NCBI GenBank assembly: GCA_950097015.1 | Contig: CATNEN010000003.1 | Span: 3,348,001 to 3,412,000 of the forward strand | Reading direction: 5' to 3' | DNA: 64,000 nucleotides | Source: Macrostomum hystrix | Taxonomy: Eukaryota > Animalia > Platyhelminthes | Shown here: piece after piece, positions 46,985-59,600 of the stretch | Layout of the letters: each line of letters opens with the position of its first letter | How positions within the stretch are numbered: the stretch's first letter is position 1 | The notes under the pieces: model-generated | Told to the model about the DNA's origin: nothing | Seen by the model: the letters and a program-made list of their open reading frames with translations, nothing else | The model's database searches: none | Position numbers and translations under genes: made by a program

Positions 46985-49746
46985 ATGCGACTACTTGTCC
47001 TGAGCTGGATTTTTAACCGATTGCGTCGTATTTATATATTATTTCCGATTTTGTTTCTCGCCGGAGGGTTTCTAGTTTTCTTTTCTAGAAAGGAGGTAAG
47101 CACTAGAATATTTTTACTTACGTGTATGTCATTGAAACTTTTTTGATGTTTTTGAATAAGCAAAGGGCTGTTGTAAATTCCAATAAAAAAACTGTAACGG
47201 TATTGTTTATTGTTCTGCATCTCTAAAATATATAGCACTAGGCCTATTAGTCTATTTTACGTAGTAATTGCCTCAAATTTAAAGCAACAAAAGTAAAATA
47301 CAGTAACCTTTGCCAAAACCATAGTTATGCAAATTGGAGCAAAAATAGATATCTGTAACACTCTAAAACATATCTGTTTTGACTTTATGTAAGTATTTAT
47401 CACTGATACCACTTTGGTGACTAATACACATATAATATGCTATTACCTTAATGTAAACTAGCTAACAAGCAATTGCCTGAAATTCTAGGCTATTTTTTAT
47501 TGGCTAAAACTAATATAAGGCCTGAAGATGAGGCAAATATAAAGATTGCTTTTAGAAGATATGAATGAAATTTCATATGCTATTAATATTTGTCAGCATT
47601 TTGTTGATTTTTATTAAAGTTTAGTAAAAAAGTAAGCAAGCATTCTATTCTCTTTTCACTATCTCAATAAATTTAATTCCCTCCAGGTCATACACAACTT
47701 AGGACCGCCAAGCAGTGCTGAGCAACTCCGCCATTTCAAGTGGCAATCTCGTCATCCCTTGGATCTTGAGCAGTCTAATTCAGACAAGAACAGCACAGGA
47801 TCTGGATTCACAGACTCAGCAGTTGCCAACACCAATAGTTTGCAAAAGGGTTCTGAGCAACAGAAAGTCAGGTGAACATTTTTTGTTATTTCTTACCTGA
47901 CCCAGTTGGGCTAGATAGATGCACAGCTGGAGGCTGAATGGAAGTGCCTTAAAATCGAACTCCTGACCTCTCCTTCTGAAGTCCAAAGCAGAAAACCGTA
48001 GGCAATAATCTTCCTTGCCTTGCATAATTTATGCACAGTATAGTATAGGCACATTAATGTGTTGGACTTACGACTTGAAGGTCGGAGGTTCGATTCTCGA
48101 CTTTTCTGGAACAATTCGTGTCCTTTAGCATGCACAATGCATTGCTTCAGTTCACGTTCACCCAATGGGTACCAGCATCTGTTGGGGTAATTGTGGGTGG
48201 GTGCAGGGTTCAGATGCGCTACGCTAGAGCTGCGGCTGTGCTGTCGGCTGCACGTCTGACCAAATTGGGTCAGCTGCAGGTGTAATCAATTTTTATGCTC
48301 ACATTTATCACTTATCACTTATCATTTATCAATTACACTTATCAACTCTAATTCTCGTTGCTAGACAATACACCTGTCGCAATTCTATCGGCGGTCGTGA
48401 CGCCCTAGTTGATGAACGAGGCGTCGTCTGTGCGCGTCGAAATCTCCTACCCGGCGGGTGCTGCGCCTATCCTAGCGAGGGAAGTGTCCGATTTCACTGC
48501 TCAGCCTGCAGCCATCTGAATCTGTGCTGTCGCAGTTTTGAGTCCTGCGTCTCCTGCTGCTTGTTGCCTAGCCAGCGGCCGGTGCTTGAAGCGGTTCTGC
48601 TCAGGGCCAGAGCGCTTGGCGACAAAGTCCTCGCCTGGGTGACGGACAGATTCCAGCTCTGCCTGGCTCGCTGCAGGACCAGCTCGGAGAGTGTTCAACA
48701 CGAGAACGCTTACAGGTCGGTGCGCTGAAATTGCCTCTATTAGCTCAAGGATCTGCGTGATTTTGAGAATGAGGATTTCGGATTTAGAACTGGCTTTAGA
48801 ACTGATTTAGATGTGGGACCTTGATGATAAGCAGTAGAGCTACTAAGGGGAGAATTCCCCTACCCTTGGCAATTTTTTGCTGAACCCTAACAAAGGATTC
48901 TTACCATATGAGCCAGTGTATTTCCAGCAGCTCCGTCTAGACACGGTGGTCGGTGACCACCGAAGACGGAGATGATGCTGGCACATTCGGATGACAGCCG
49001 GTCATCCGATATAATCGTAACAGGAATCGTAGATAGAACCATATCAGGTATTCTGATATGAGGTATCAGGTACTCAGTCTCTCTCCATATCACTCAGTCT
49101 CTCTCCATATCTATCAGTGTCTCTCCAAATCTCTCCGTCTCTCTCCATATCTATCAGTGTCTCTCCATATCTATCAGTCTCTCTCCATATCTCTCAGTCT
49201 CTCTCCAAATCTCTCAGTCTCTCTCCAAATCTCTCAGTCTCTCTCCATATCTCTCAGTGTCTCTCCAAATCTCTCAGTGTCTCTCCATATCTCTCAGTGT
49301 CTCTCCATATCTCTCAGTCTCTCTCCATATCTATCAATCTCTCTCCACATCTCTCAGTCTCTCTCCAAATCATCCGATATAATCGTAACAGGAATCGTAG
49401 ATAGAACCATATCAGGTATTGTCTCCACATCTCTCAGTCTCTCTCCATATCTCTCAGTGTCTCTCCATATCTATCAATCTCTCTCCACATCTTTCAGTCT
49501 CTCTCCAAATCTCTCAGTGTCTCTCCATATCTATCAGTCTCTCTCCACATCTCTCAGTCTCTCTCCAAATCTCTCAGTCTCTCTCCATATCTATCAGTCT
49601 CTCTCCAAATCTCTCAGTCTATGAAATATAAAAACGGGCAGCAGTCTAACACGAATTAAAAACACCTCCAAACAATCAACAGGGACCCAGTTAACAAGCA
49701 CTGCTTTGGTCTTCTACCACCGACTTTAAGAGTTGCAAAGCTTTAA
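46985..49746 (+). CDS. SPRING1: SPRING1/C12orf49 (SREBP pathway regulator in Golgi). Exons 46985-47095, 47687-47871, 48365-48715, 49683-49746
   Basis: Spliced product: N-terminal TM (MRLLVLSWIFNRLRRIYILFPILFLAGGFLVFF), then CRNSIGGRDALVDERGVVCARRNLLPGGCC...CCRSFESCVSCCL...[31 protein letters not shown]. This matches the C12orf49 Cys-rich domain (CRNSIQG...YEYCVSCCL...CRTSSQSVQHENTYRDP). All junctions are GT-AG and in phase. Confidence 0.93.
48058..48290 (+). mobile_element. Family A SINE in SPRING1 intron 2
   Basis: GGTCGGAGGTTCGATTCTC, CATTGCTTCAGTTCAC, ATGGGTACCAGCATC, GCTGCGGCTGTGCTGTCGGCTGCAC. Confidence 0.8.
49070..49620. repeat. 20-bp minisatellite (CTCTCCATATCTCTCAGTCT)n in SPRING1 intron 3
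   Basis: Visible array, interrupted by a 51-bp copy of upstream unique DNA. Confidence 0.93.
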
Positions 49747-49770
49747 TTAGAGCTTTCATCCAATTGCGTC

Positions 49771-52700
49771 ATGTCTGAGAAGCCATTCACGCAGCGCTGG
49801 CTTAACAATGCCTATCAGGATAGCCTGCAGCCAACCAGCCAATGGCAGCGCGCCTCTCACCTATTGGCTGAACGCCTAGCCAATAGCGTCGAAGCTGAGC
49901 CAGCTTTCAGCCAATCGGAGCGCTTCAAACAGATGACATTTCAATTGCTTGGCGAAGTATTTGTTCGATCGTATTTTCCGCACGATAGCATTGACCCCGG
50001 CGTTATTGTGAGTTGCTTAAGATCTCAAGTTAAAGCCGAACAAGTTCATTCTTAATGTTCATTGTCAATCATGTACTTAATCATGTGCTTTGTACATTTT
50101 TATACTGCTGCTTAATATTTCATTTAAATATCTCTTATCTGTCGCATATTTTGATAAATGTGGGTTTAATTAATAACGAATTATTAATTACGCAATCGGG
50201 TCAGATGTGCATCCGACAGCACAGCCGCAATAGCTGCGTACGGCTGTTCAGTCCATGGACTGGGGGGACCCCGCAGTCGCAGATTTTATTGTCTTGCTAA
50301 AATACACTAACTGTTCCAGGGAATCGAACCCCCGACCTTCAAGTCGTAAGTCCGAGGCTCTAACCACTCGGCTAAAACCCCTATAAACAGTTTTAAAATA
50401 GCGTTGATTAAAGAACAGTTCTATGATATTTAATAATGCATTCGTAGTCCAATCAACAAAGACCTATAGTCAATTTTTCACTGGCTGTATTGTTTGCAGA
50501 CCCCGCCTAACATAGCCTGGGAGGAAAGGCGCACTTTAGAAACCGATTGCAAAGCTTGGCTTGATGCCAAACTCAAGGATTGCGCGGAAACTTTGCCTAC
50601 TGAGTAAATCTAACCAATTTTATTTCATCAGTTTTCATTTTAATGTACTTGAACATTTTCTAATCTCCCTAATTTAGTAAACCTAGCTCCGCCTAATTAT
50701 GTTTATCTGCGTATTTTAATTTGTCCTATAGTACGGCTAATATAACAGATGATCAGATGACGATGCATTGAAAATTTGTAAAAAAAAACTCGCTATTTTA
50801 CCTCGTTAACCTGTGTGGCGAAAATATAATTAGCAGCTTTGTGTGCGTCTGATTTAGTTTTTCTAACAGAATGATTTGCTAAACAAATTTTTCTCCTAAA
50901 AACCTAGTAGCGATAATCCAGATTTAAATACGTTTCAATTGTTTAATCGTGCACTTCTAAATCCTACTTGCTAAACTAATTAATATCGAAATTGAAACTT
51001 CTAAATGACGCATTTTAATTTAATATAGTTTCTTTGCATTCCAGATAATAAAATCTTCGTTGAATCGAAAAAAGCCAAAATCTAAAGTCTTTGCCACTGA
51101 TATCGTTCATTGTCTATGGCATTGTTCGACTGAATATGCGTTCAATTTGAGAAACCACAAAAGTTAAAAGAATGCTCTACATGTGCTCTAAGCGATTGTC
51201 TATGGTCCTTAATAGTTTCGTCTATGGTCCTTAATAGTTTCGTCTATGGTCCTTAATAGTTTTGTCTATGGTCCTTAATAGTGTAGTCTATGGTCCTTAA
51301 TAGTTTTGTCTATGGTCCTTAATAGTGCTGTCTATGGTCCTTAATAGTTTCGTCTATGGTCCTTAATAGTTTTGTCTATGGTCCTTAATAGTGTAGTCTA
51401 TGGTCCTTAATAGTTTTGTCTATGGTCCTTAATAGTGCTGTCTATGGTCCTTAATAGTTTTGTCTATGGTCCTTAATAGTGCTGTCTATGGTCCTTAATA
51501 GTTTTGTCTATTGTCCTTAATAGTGTAGTCTATGGTCCTTAATAGTGTAGTCTATGGTTTCTAAATTGAACGCTGGTTTTCTTGAATTGAATGCAGTTCT
51601 GTCAATTTTTACCATAGAGAATCACTGATTGATGCTGTTGGCGGCTTATCCTTTTTTTTCAATCAAACACAGCTTTTCTTAACCATGAAGCAAAAAATTT
51701 ATAATTGCACAGATGTTAATTATCCAACAATTGCGCGGTTTAGTGCTAACAAAAAAATCATAATCTGTTTAATTCTTGGTGTAACATTACACCATTGTAG
51801 TACATTTGCATTTCAAGGCACAGATACTCAATCGATAATCTCATAGGCGGTGCCTATCTCACAATAGGTTTCAAAGCATTTTTTAGGTTCTTATCGAAAT
51901 AATTACTTAATCAGTAAGAAGCATTAATAATTCAGTCAGAAAAAAAGTATTCCTTTGTAGAATAGAATTTAATTTTCTTATTTACAAGTTTTTTAATAGG
52001 CGAATGTTTTCTTATTTTCTTAGATACTTAAATGAGCTGTTAGACACTTTAATAAAACTGTTAGACACTAGGATGAAGCTGTTAGACACTGGAATGAGCC
52101 TGTAACACACTAGAATGTGCTGTTAGACATTATAATTACATGTTAGACACTATAGCGACTTGTCAGACACTAGATTGAAGCTGTTAGACATTATAATGAC
52201 ATGTTAGACACTATAATGACCTGTCAGAAACTATAATAAAGCTGTTAGACACTATAATGACCTGTCAGAAACTATAATAAAGCTGTTAGACACTATAATG
52301 ACCTGTCAGAAACTATAATAAAGCTGTTAGACACTATAATGACCTGTCAGAAACTATAATAAAGCTGTTAGACACTAGAATAAAGTTTTTAGACACTAGA
52401 ATGAAGCTGTTAGACACTAAGATGAAGCTGTTAGACACTAGGATGAAGCTGATAGAAACTATAATAAAGCTGTTAGACACTAAAATGAAGCTGTTAGATA
52501 CTAGGATGAGGCTGTTAGATACTAGGATGAAGCTGTTAGATACTAGGATGAAGCTGTTAGATACTAGGATGAAGCTGTTAGACAGTACAATTACGTGTTA
52601 CTCATCTGGCTTAACATAAAAGATTTTTATTGAAGCCTGTTATGTATCAGCTTAATAACTTGTTAGACATCATCGGCTGGTACTGTTAGACGCAAAATAA

Positions 52701-53767
52701 CCTGTTAGATATTTGTTAGTGTTGTAACAGCCCAGCTGTTAACGGTATTGCAGAGCATCACAAGCAGTCACCCAGTTCCAAACCGAATGTGCTCAACTGG
52801 TTGGCTTGGGCCTAGACAAAGAGCTGTACAGGCGACAGCTCAACTATATGGTAAGTGCCGATGAAATGAGCCATGCTTCATACTTGCTACTAACAGTAGG
52901 CACGCGAAATGTACCCATTGCACTTTTGCATCGAATCAAAAGCTTTTGGTTTGCTTCTAGATTTAATATCGGAACCTTTGTGACTCGGAAAGTTTAGGTC
53001 TCACAGATCCTAAACCATTGATTCTGACCCACTGAGCCTGACCCACTAGTCGTGACCAACTGAACCTGACCCACTTCTCCTGACCCACTTGTCCTGACCC
53101 ACTTATCCTGACCCGCTCATCCTGACCCATTGATCCTTAACCCACTTGTCCTGGCCTACTGAACCTGACCCACTAGTCGTGACCTACTGAACCCGACCCT
53201 GTAGGCCACTGTAGGCGACCGTGTAGGCCACTTATCCTGGCCTACTGAACCTGACCCACTAGTCGTGACCTACTGAACCCGACCCTGTAGGCCACTGTAG
53301 GCGACCGTGTAGGCCACTTATCCTGGCCTACTTAATCTGACCCAATAGTCGTGACCTACTGAACCTGACCCACTAGTCGTGACCTACTGAACCTGACCCA
53401 CTTATCCTGACCGACTTAACCTGACCCACTTATCCTGAACCGTTCAACCTGACCCATTGATACTGACCCACTTGTCCTGGCCTACTTAACCTGACCCACT
53501 AGTCGTGACCTACTGAACCTGACCCACTTGTCCTGACCTACTTAACCTGACGCACTTATCCTGACCCACTCATCCTGACCCACGGGTCCTGACCCACTGA
53601 ACTTCTGTTCGAAGGCTTAAAAAATATCTTTCTCTAACCATCACAAAAACAGCGCGATCCACAGAAAGCTGAAGCAGCGTGGACCGCACAGCCTCCTACA
53701 ACTAGGCAACAGCAGCAGCGAAATCTTGGTTCTCGGGGCGCCGAATCAGATGATTTGGAATCCATTG
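49771..53767 (+). CDS. Uncharacterised multi-exon gene, 3' end not resolved. Exons 49771-50007, 50500-50603, 52754-52850, 53653-53767
   Basis: Four phase-compatible exons with strong donors: MSEKPF...DPGVI|TPPNIAWEERRTLETDCKAWLDAKLKDCAETLPTE|ASQAVTQFQTECAQLVGLGLDKELYRRQLNYM|RDPQKAEAAW...SDDLESI. Confidence 0.65.
50188..50380 (-). mobile_element. Family A SINE, internally deleted
   Basis: CGTACGGCTGTTCAGTCCATGGACTGG and GAATCGAACCCCCGACCTTC on the plus strand. Confidence 0.8.
51197..51558. repeat. 22-bp minisatellite (GTCTATGGTCCTTAATAGTNNN)n
   Basis: About 16 units. Confidence 0.95.
52020..52715. repeat. 21-bp minisatellite (CTGTTAGACACTAGGATGAAG-like)n
   Basis: Visible array; shares CTGTTAGACA with the 15.4 kb array. 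Confidence 0.9.
53023..53602. repeat. ~14-bp degenerate minisatellite (CCTGACCCACTTRT)n
   Basis: Visible array. Confidence 0.9.
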
Positions 53768-53845
53768 GTGAGTTACGGGTTGCCGTCCATCAGTTACAGT
53801 ATTGGCATTTCACTCCCTGAGTTTTGACCGGAAGAATAATATCAT

Positions 53846-55070
53846 CTGAGTAGACTATGACCTGAGTAGATTATGACCTGAGTAGATTATGACCTGAGTA
53901 GACTATGAGCTGAGTAGACTATGACCTTGAGTAGACTATGAACTGAGTAGACTATGACCTTGAGTAGACTATGACCTTGAGTAGACTATGACCTGAGTAG
54001 ATTATGAGCTGAGTAGACTATGACCTGAGTAGATTATGACCTGAGTAGACTATGAGCTGAGTAGACTATGACCTTGAGTAGACTATGAACTGAGTAGACT
54101 ATGACCTTGAGTAGACTATGACCTTGAGTAGACTATGACCTGAGTAGATTATGACCTGAGTAGACTATGAACTGAGTAGACTATGACCTTGAGTAGACTA
54201 TGAACTGAGTAGACTATGACCTTGAGTAGACTATGACCTGAGTAGACTATGAGCTGAGTAGACTATGACCTGAGTAGACTATGACCTGAGTAGATTATGA
54301 CCTGAGTAGACTATGAGCTGAGTAGACTATGACCTTGAGTAGACTATGACCTTGAGTAGACTATGACCTGAGTAGATTATGACCTGAGTAGACTATGAGC
54401 TGAGTAGACTATGACCTTGAGTAGACTATGAACTGAGTAGACTATGACCTTGAGTATACTATGACACCTTAGTAGACTATGACCTTGAGTAGACTATGAC
54501 CTGAGTAGATTATGACCTTGAGTAGACTATGAGCTGAGTAGACTATGAGCTGAGTAGACTATGACCTTGAGTAGACTATGACACCTGAGTAGACTATGAC
54601 ACATGAGTAGACTATGACCTTGAGTAGACTATGACACCTTAGTAGACTATGACACCTGAGTAGACTATGACACCTGAGTAGACTATGACACCTGAGTAGA
54701 CTATGACACATGAGTAGACTATGACCTTGAGTAGACTATGAGCTGAGTAGACTATGATCTTGAGTAGACTATGAACTGAGTAGACTATGACCTTGAGTAG
54801 ACTATGACACCTTAGTAGACTATGACCTTGAGTAGACTATGACCTGAGTAGATTATGACCTGAGTAGACTATGACCTGAGTAGACTATGAACTGAGTAGA
54901 CTATGACCTTGAGTAGACTATGACCTGAGTAGACTATGACCTGAGTAGACTATGAACTGAGTAGACTATGACCTTGAGTAGACTATGACACCTGAGTAGA
55001 CTATGACCTTGAGTAGACTATGACCTGAGTAGACTATGACCTTGAGTAGACTATGGCTACTGAGTAGACA
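53846..55070. repeat. 16-18 bp minisatellite (CTGAGTAGACTATGAC)n
   Basis: About 72 units. Confidence 0.96.
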
Positions 55071-55739
55071 CTATCACATCAATAGAACTTATTGAAAGCA
55101 TTACGCCCGAAAAGAAATTTAAAAAACGTAAAAACATTAAACTAGTAATTTATATATGATTCCACTGTTAGTAGCTTAGCTAGATTTTCTTGTTAAAATC
55201 AAGAAACTCGCTAATTGAAGAATTGAAACATGTATAGATAATCAGGTGAAGGATTAACAGATTAGAGAACGCCTGTTCAGTTAATCCTACACTAACAGAA
55301 TCGTGAAATCAAAAGCAGCAAACAAAATAATACTAGGCCCTAGGTCGTATATTATTCGGAAATGTTTTACTAGCTAACTCTCCTCCGTTTCAGAATTCCT
55401 AGTTGTAAATTATTCAAGAAATAATTTCAAATTTCTCGCATCCTCTGCTGCAAAAGAAAAGCAAATAAAAGATTGTTGCGAATGTAGCGATGTAGCGATT
55501 ACTTCTGCTGGAAGTAGTTGAACAAAAGGACCGCTCATTTTCTTTGCTGCTTTTTCAATTGATTCTAAAATGTTTCTACTTTAAGTTACAAAATAGATCC
55601 AAGCCATGCTGGGTGTTATTCGTTCGCTTCTTTCAATTCTTTCTCTTGTGTGATTTAGTCTTAATCCAACTGTACATTGTTACATTTTCTCTCTGATTCT
55701 TATGTCCTAGTTAATCTTGCACTCACCCACCTGACAAAT

Positions 55740-56150
55740 CTCTCTAACTCACTCTCGCTTTCTCACTCTCTCTCTCTCTCGCTCTCCCAATCTCTTACTC
55801 TCTCCCTCTTTCACTCTCTCACTCTCTCACTCTCTCACTCTCTCACTCTCTCACTATCTCACTCCCTCACTCTCTCACTCTCTCACTCTCTCACTATCTC
55901 ACTCCCTCACTCTCTCACTCTCTCCCTCTTTCACTCTCTCACTCTCTCACTCTCTCACTCTCTCACTCTCTCACTCTCTCACTCTCTCACTCTCTCACTC
56001 TCTCACTCTCTCACTCTTTCACTCTCTCACTCTCTCACTCTCTCACTCTCTCACTCTCTCACTCTCTCACTCTCTCACTATCTCTCTCTTACTCTTTCAC
56101 TCTTTCAGCGCTTCACTTTTTCACTCTGAACTCTCTCATTCTCTCTCAGT
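55740..56150. repeat. (CTCTCACT)n pyrimidine-rich microsatellite
   Basis: Visible array. Confidence 0.93.
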
Positions 56151-56654
56151 CTCCCACTGCAGCCATATAGAACAGGTGGCTGTGCAGCACTGATTCACCT
56201 ACAATAATATAGCAGCTTTGGGGTGATTACTTGCAGTTCAGGTCCAACGTAAGAAAGATTATTGACAGTTGCCGAAGATGACAGTAAATATAAATATACA
56301 AGTTTGCAATTCCTGCGCAGAGACAACGAATCATTGCAGAAATTGCTTTGGCCAACACACCAGATAGGCATCATAAACGCTGGATGCGACCATAAAAGTT
56401 TATAAAAGTTTTCACACGAGAATAATGCGAATCGGATGTGTTGCTTGTGTGCGTTTGTGACAAATGTTTATGCTACTTCTGCATCGCACTGCAAACGGTA
56501 TGGTGTTCTAGTAAACTGTATATTCAACGAGTGTACAGTTATCCCAAAACTGTCAATGTCCCACTGTTAGAGCCTGGAATGAAAAACGTGAAATGGAGCT
56601 TGAATTTTTACCACAAGTTTGTTAAAAACTTGTAATTAAAAGAGGAAAGACAAG

Positions 56655-59600
56655 CGAGCGTGAGAGAGATAGGAGAGGGTGAGAGATAGGAGAGAGAGAT
56701 AAGAGAGGGAGAGATAAGAGAGAGAGATAAGAGAGGGAGAGAGATAGGAGAGAGAGATAAGAGAGGGAGAGATAAGAGAGGGAGAAATAAGAGAGGGAGA
56801 GATATATGACAGAGAGAGAGATAAGAGAGGGAGACAGATAAGAGAGGGAGAGAGATAAGAGAGGGAGAGATAAGAGAGGGAGAAATAAGAGAGGGAGAGA
56901 TATATGACAGAGAGAGAGATAAGAGAAGGAGAGAGATAAGAGAGGGAGAGAGATAAGAGAGGGAGAGAGATAAGAGGGGGAGAGAGATAAGAGAGGGAGA
57001 GAGATAAGAGAGGGTGAGAGATAAGAGAGGGAGAGAGATAAGAGAGGGAGAGAGATAAGAGAGGGAGAGAGATAAGAGAGGGTCAGAGATAAGAGAGGGA
57101 GAGAGATAAGAGAGGGTGAGAGATCAGAGAGGGAGAGAGATAAGAGAGGGTCAGAGATAAGAGAGGGAGAGAGATAAGAGAGGGTGAGAGATAAGAGAGG
57201 GAGAGAGATAAGAGAGGGAGAAAGATAAGAGAGGGTGAGAGATAAGAGAGGGTGAGAGATAAGAGAGGGAGAGAGATAAGAGAGGGTGAGAGATAAGAGA
57301 GGGTTAAATAGATAAGAGAGGGAGAGAAATAATAGAAGGAGAGAGATAAGAGAGGGTGAGAGATAAGACAGGGTGAGAGATAAGAGAGGGAGAGAGATAA
57401 GAGAGGGTGAGAGATAAGAGAGGGAGAGAAATAAGAGAGGGAGAGAGATAAGAGAGGGTGAGAGATTAGAGAGGGAGAGAGATAAGAGAGGGTGAGAGAT
57501 AAGAGAGGGAGAGAGATAAGAGAGGGTGAGAGATTAGAGAGGGAGAGAGATAAGAGAGGGTCAGAGATAAGAGAGGGAGAGAGATAAGAGAGGGAGAGAA
57601 ATAAGAGAGGGAGAGAGATAAGAGAGGGAGAGAGATAAGAGAGGGAGAGAGATAAGAGAGGGTGATAGATAAAAGAGGGAGAGAGATAAGAGAGGGTGAG
57701 AGATAAGAGAGGGTAAGAGATAAGAGAGGGAGAGAGATAAGAGAGGGTGAGAGATAAGAGAGGGTAAGAGATAAGAGAGGGAGAGAGATAAGAGAGGGTG
57801 AGAGATAAGAGAGGGTGAAAGATTAGAGGGAGAGAGATAAGAGAGGGTGAGAGATAAGAGAGGGAGAGAGATAAGAGAGGGTGAGAGATAAGAGAGGGAG
57901 AGAGATAAGAGAGGGAGAGAGATAAGAGAGGGTGAGAGATTAGAGAGGGAGAGAGATAAGAGGGGGAGAGAGATAAGAGAGGGAGAGAGATAAGAGAGGG
58001 AGAGAGATAAGAGAGGGAGAGAGATGAGAGAGGGAGAGAGATAAGAGAGGGAGAGAGATAAGAGAGGGAGAGAGATAAGAGAGGGAGAGAGATAAGAGAG
58101 GGTGAGAGATTAGAGAGGGAGAGAGATAGGAGGGGGAGAGAGATAAGAGAGGGTGAGAGATAAGAGAGGGTGAGAGATAAGAGAGGGTGAGAGATAAGAG
58201 AGGGTGAGAGATAAGAGAGGGAGAGAGATAAGAGAGGGAGAGAGATAAGAGAGGGAGAGAGATAAGAGAGGGAGAGAGATAAGAGAGGGAGAGAGATAAG
58301 AGAGGGTGAGAGATAAGAGAGGGAGAGAGATAAGAGAGGGAGAGAGATAATAGAGGGTGAGAGATTAGAGAGGGAGAGAGATAAGAGGGGGAGAGAGATA
58401 AGAGAGGGAGAGAGATAAGAGAGGGAGAGAGATAAGAGAGGGAGAGAGATAAGAGAGGGAGAGAGATAAGAGGGGGAGAGAGATAAGAGAGGGTGAGAGA
58501 TAAGAGAGGGAGAGAGATAAGAGAGGGAGAGAGATAAGAGAGGGTGAGAGATAAGAGAGGGTGAGAGATAGGAGAGGGAGAGAGATAAGAGAGGGAGAGA
58601 GATAAGAGAGGGAGAGAGATAAGAGAGGGTGAGAGATAAGAGAGGGAGAGAGTTAAGAGAGAGAGAGAGATAAGAGAGGGAGAGAGATAAGAGAGGGTGA
58701 GAGATAAGAGAGGGAGAGAGTTAAGAGAGGGAGAGAGATAAGAGAGGGAGAGAGATAAGAGAGGGTGAAAGATAAGAGAGGGTGAGAGATAGGAGAGGGA
58801 GAGAGATAAGAGAGGGTGAGAGATAAGAGAGGGTGAGAGATAAGAGAGGGTGACAGATAAGAGAGGGAGAGAGATAAGAGAGGGTGAGAGATAAGAGAGG
58901 GTGAGAGATAGGAGATGGATAGAGATAAGAGAGGGAGAGAGATAAGAGAGGGTGAGAGATAAGAGAGGGTGAGAGATAAGAGAGGGTGAGAGATAAGAGA
59001 GGGAGAGAGATAGGAGAGGGAGAGAGATAAGAGAGGGTGAGAGATAAGAGAGGGAGAGAGATAAGAGAGGGAGAGAGTTAAGAGAGGGAGAGAGATAAGA
59101 GAGGGTGAGAGATAGGAGAGAGAGATAAGAGAGGGAGAGATAAGAGAGAGAGATAAGAGAGGGAGAGAGATAAGAGAGGGTGATAGATAAAAGAGGGAGA
59201 GAGATAAGAGAGGGTGAGAGATAAGAGAGGGTGAGAGATAAGAGAGGGAGAGAGATAAGAGAGGGTGAGAGATAAGAGAGGGTGAGAGATTAGAGGGAGA
59301 GAGATAAGAGAGGGTGAGAGATAAGAGAGGGAGAGAGATAAGAGAGGGAGAAAGATAAGAGAGGGTGAGAGATAAGAGAGGGAGAGAGATAAGAGAGGGT
59401 GAGAGATAAGAGAGGGAGAGAGATAAGAGAGGGAGAGAGATAAGAGAGGGTGAGAGATAAGAGAGGGAGGGAGATAAGAGAGGGTGAGAGATAAGAGAGG
59501 GTGAGAGATAAGAGGGGGAGAGAGATAAGAGAGGGTGAGAGATAAGAGAGGGAGAGAGATAAGAGGGGGAGAGAGATAAGAGAGGGTGAGAGATAAGAGA

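Noticed and set aside
48400-48701. LINE endonuclease fragment on the minus strand (GDFDAH) and ORF 48501-48701
   Set aside because: The plus strand is clearly SPRING1 exon 3.
55394-56270. Further exons of the orphan gene (acceptors near 55394, 56163 and 56237)
   Set aside because: Several candidates, none distinguishable without transcript data.
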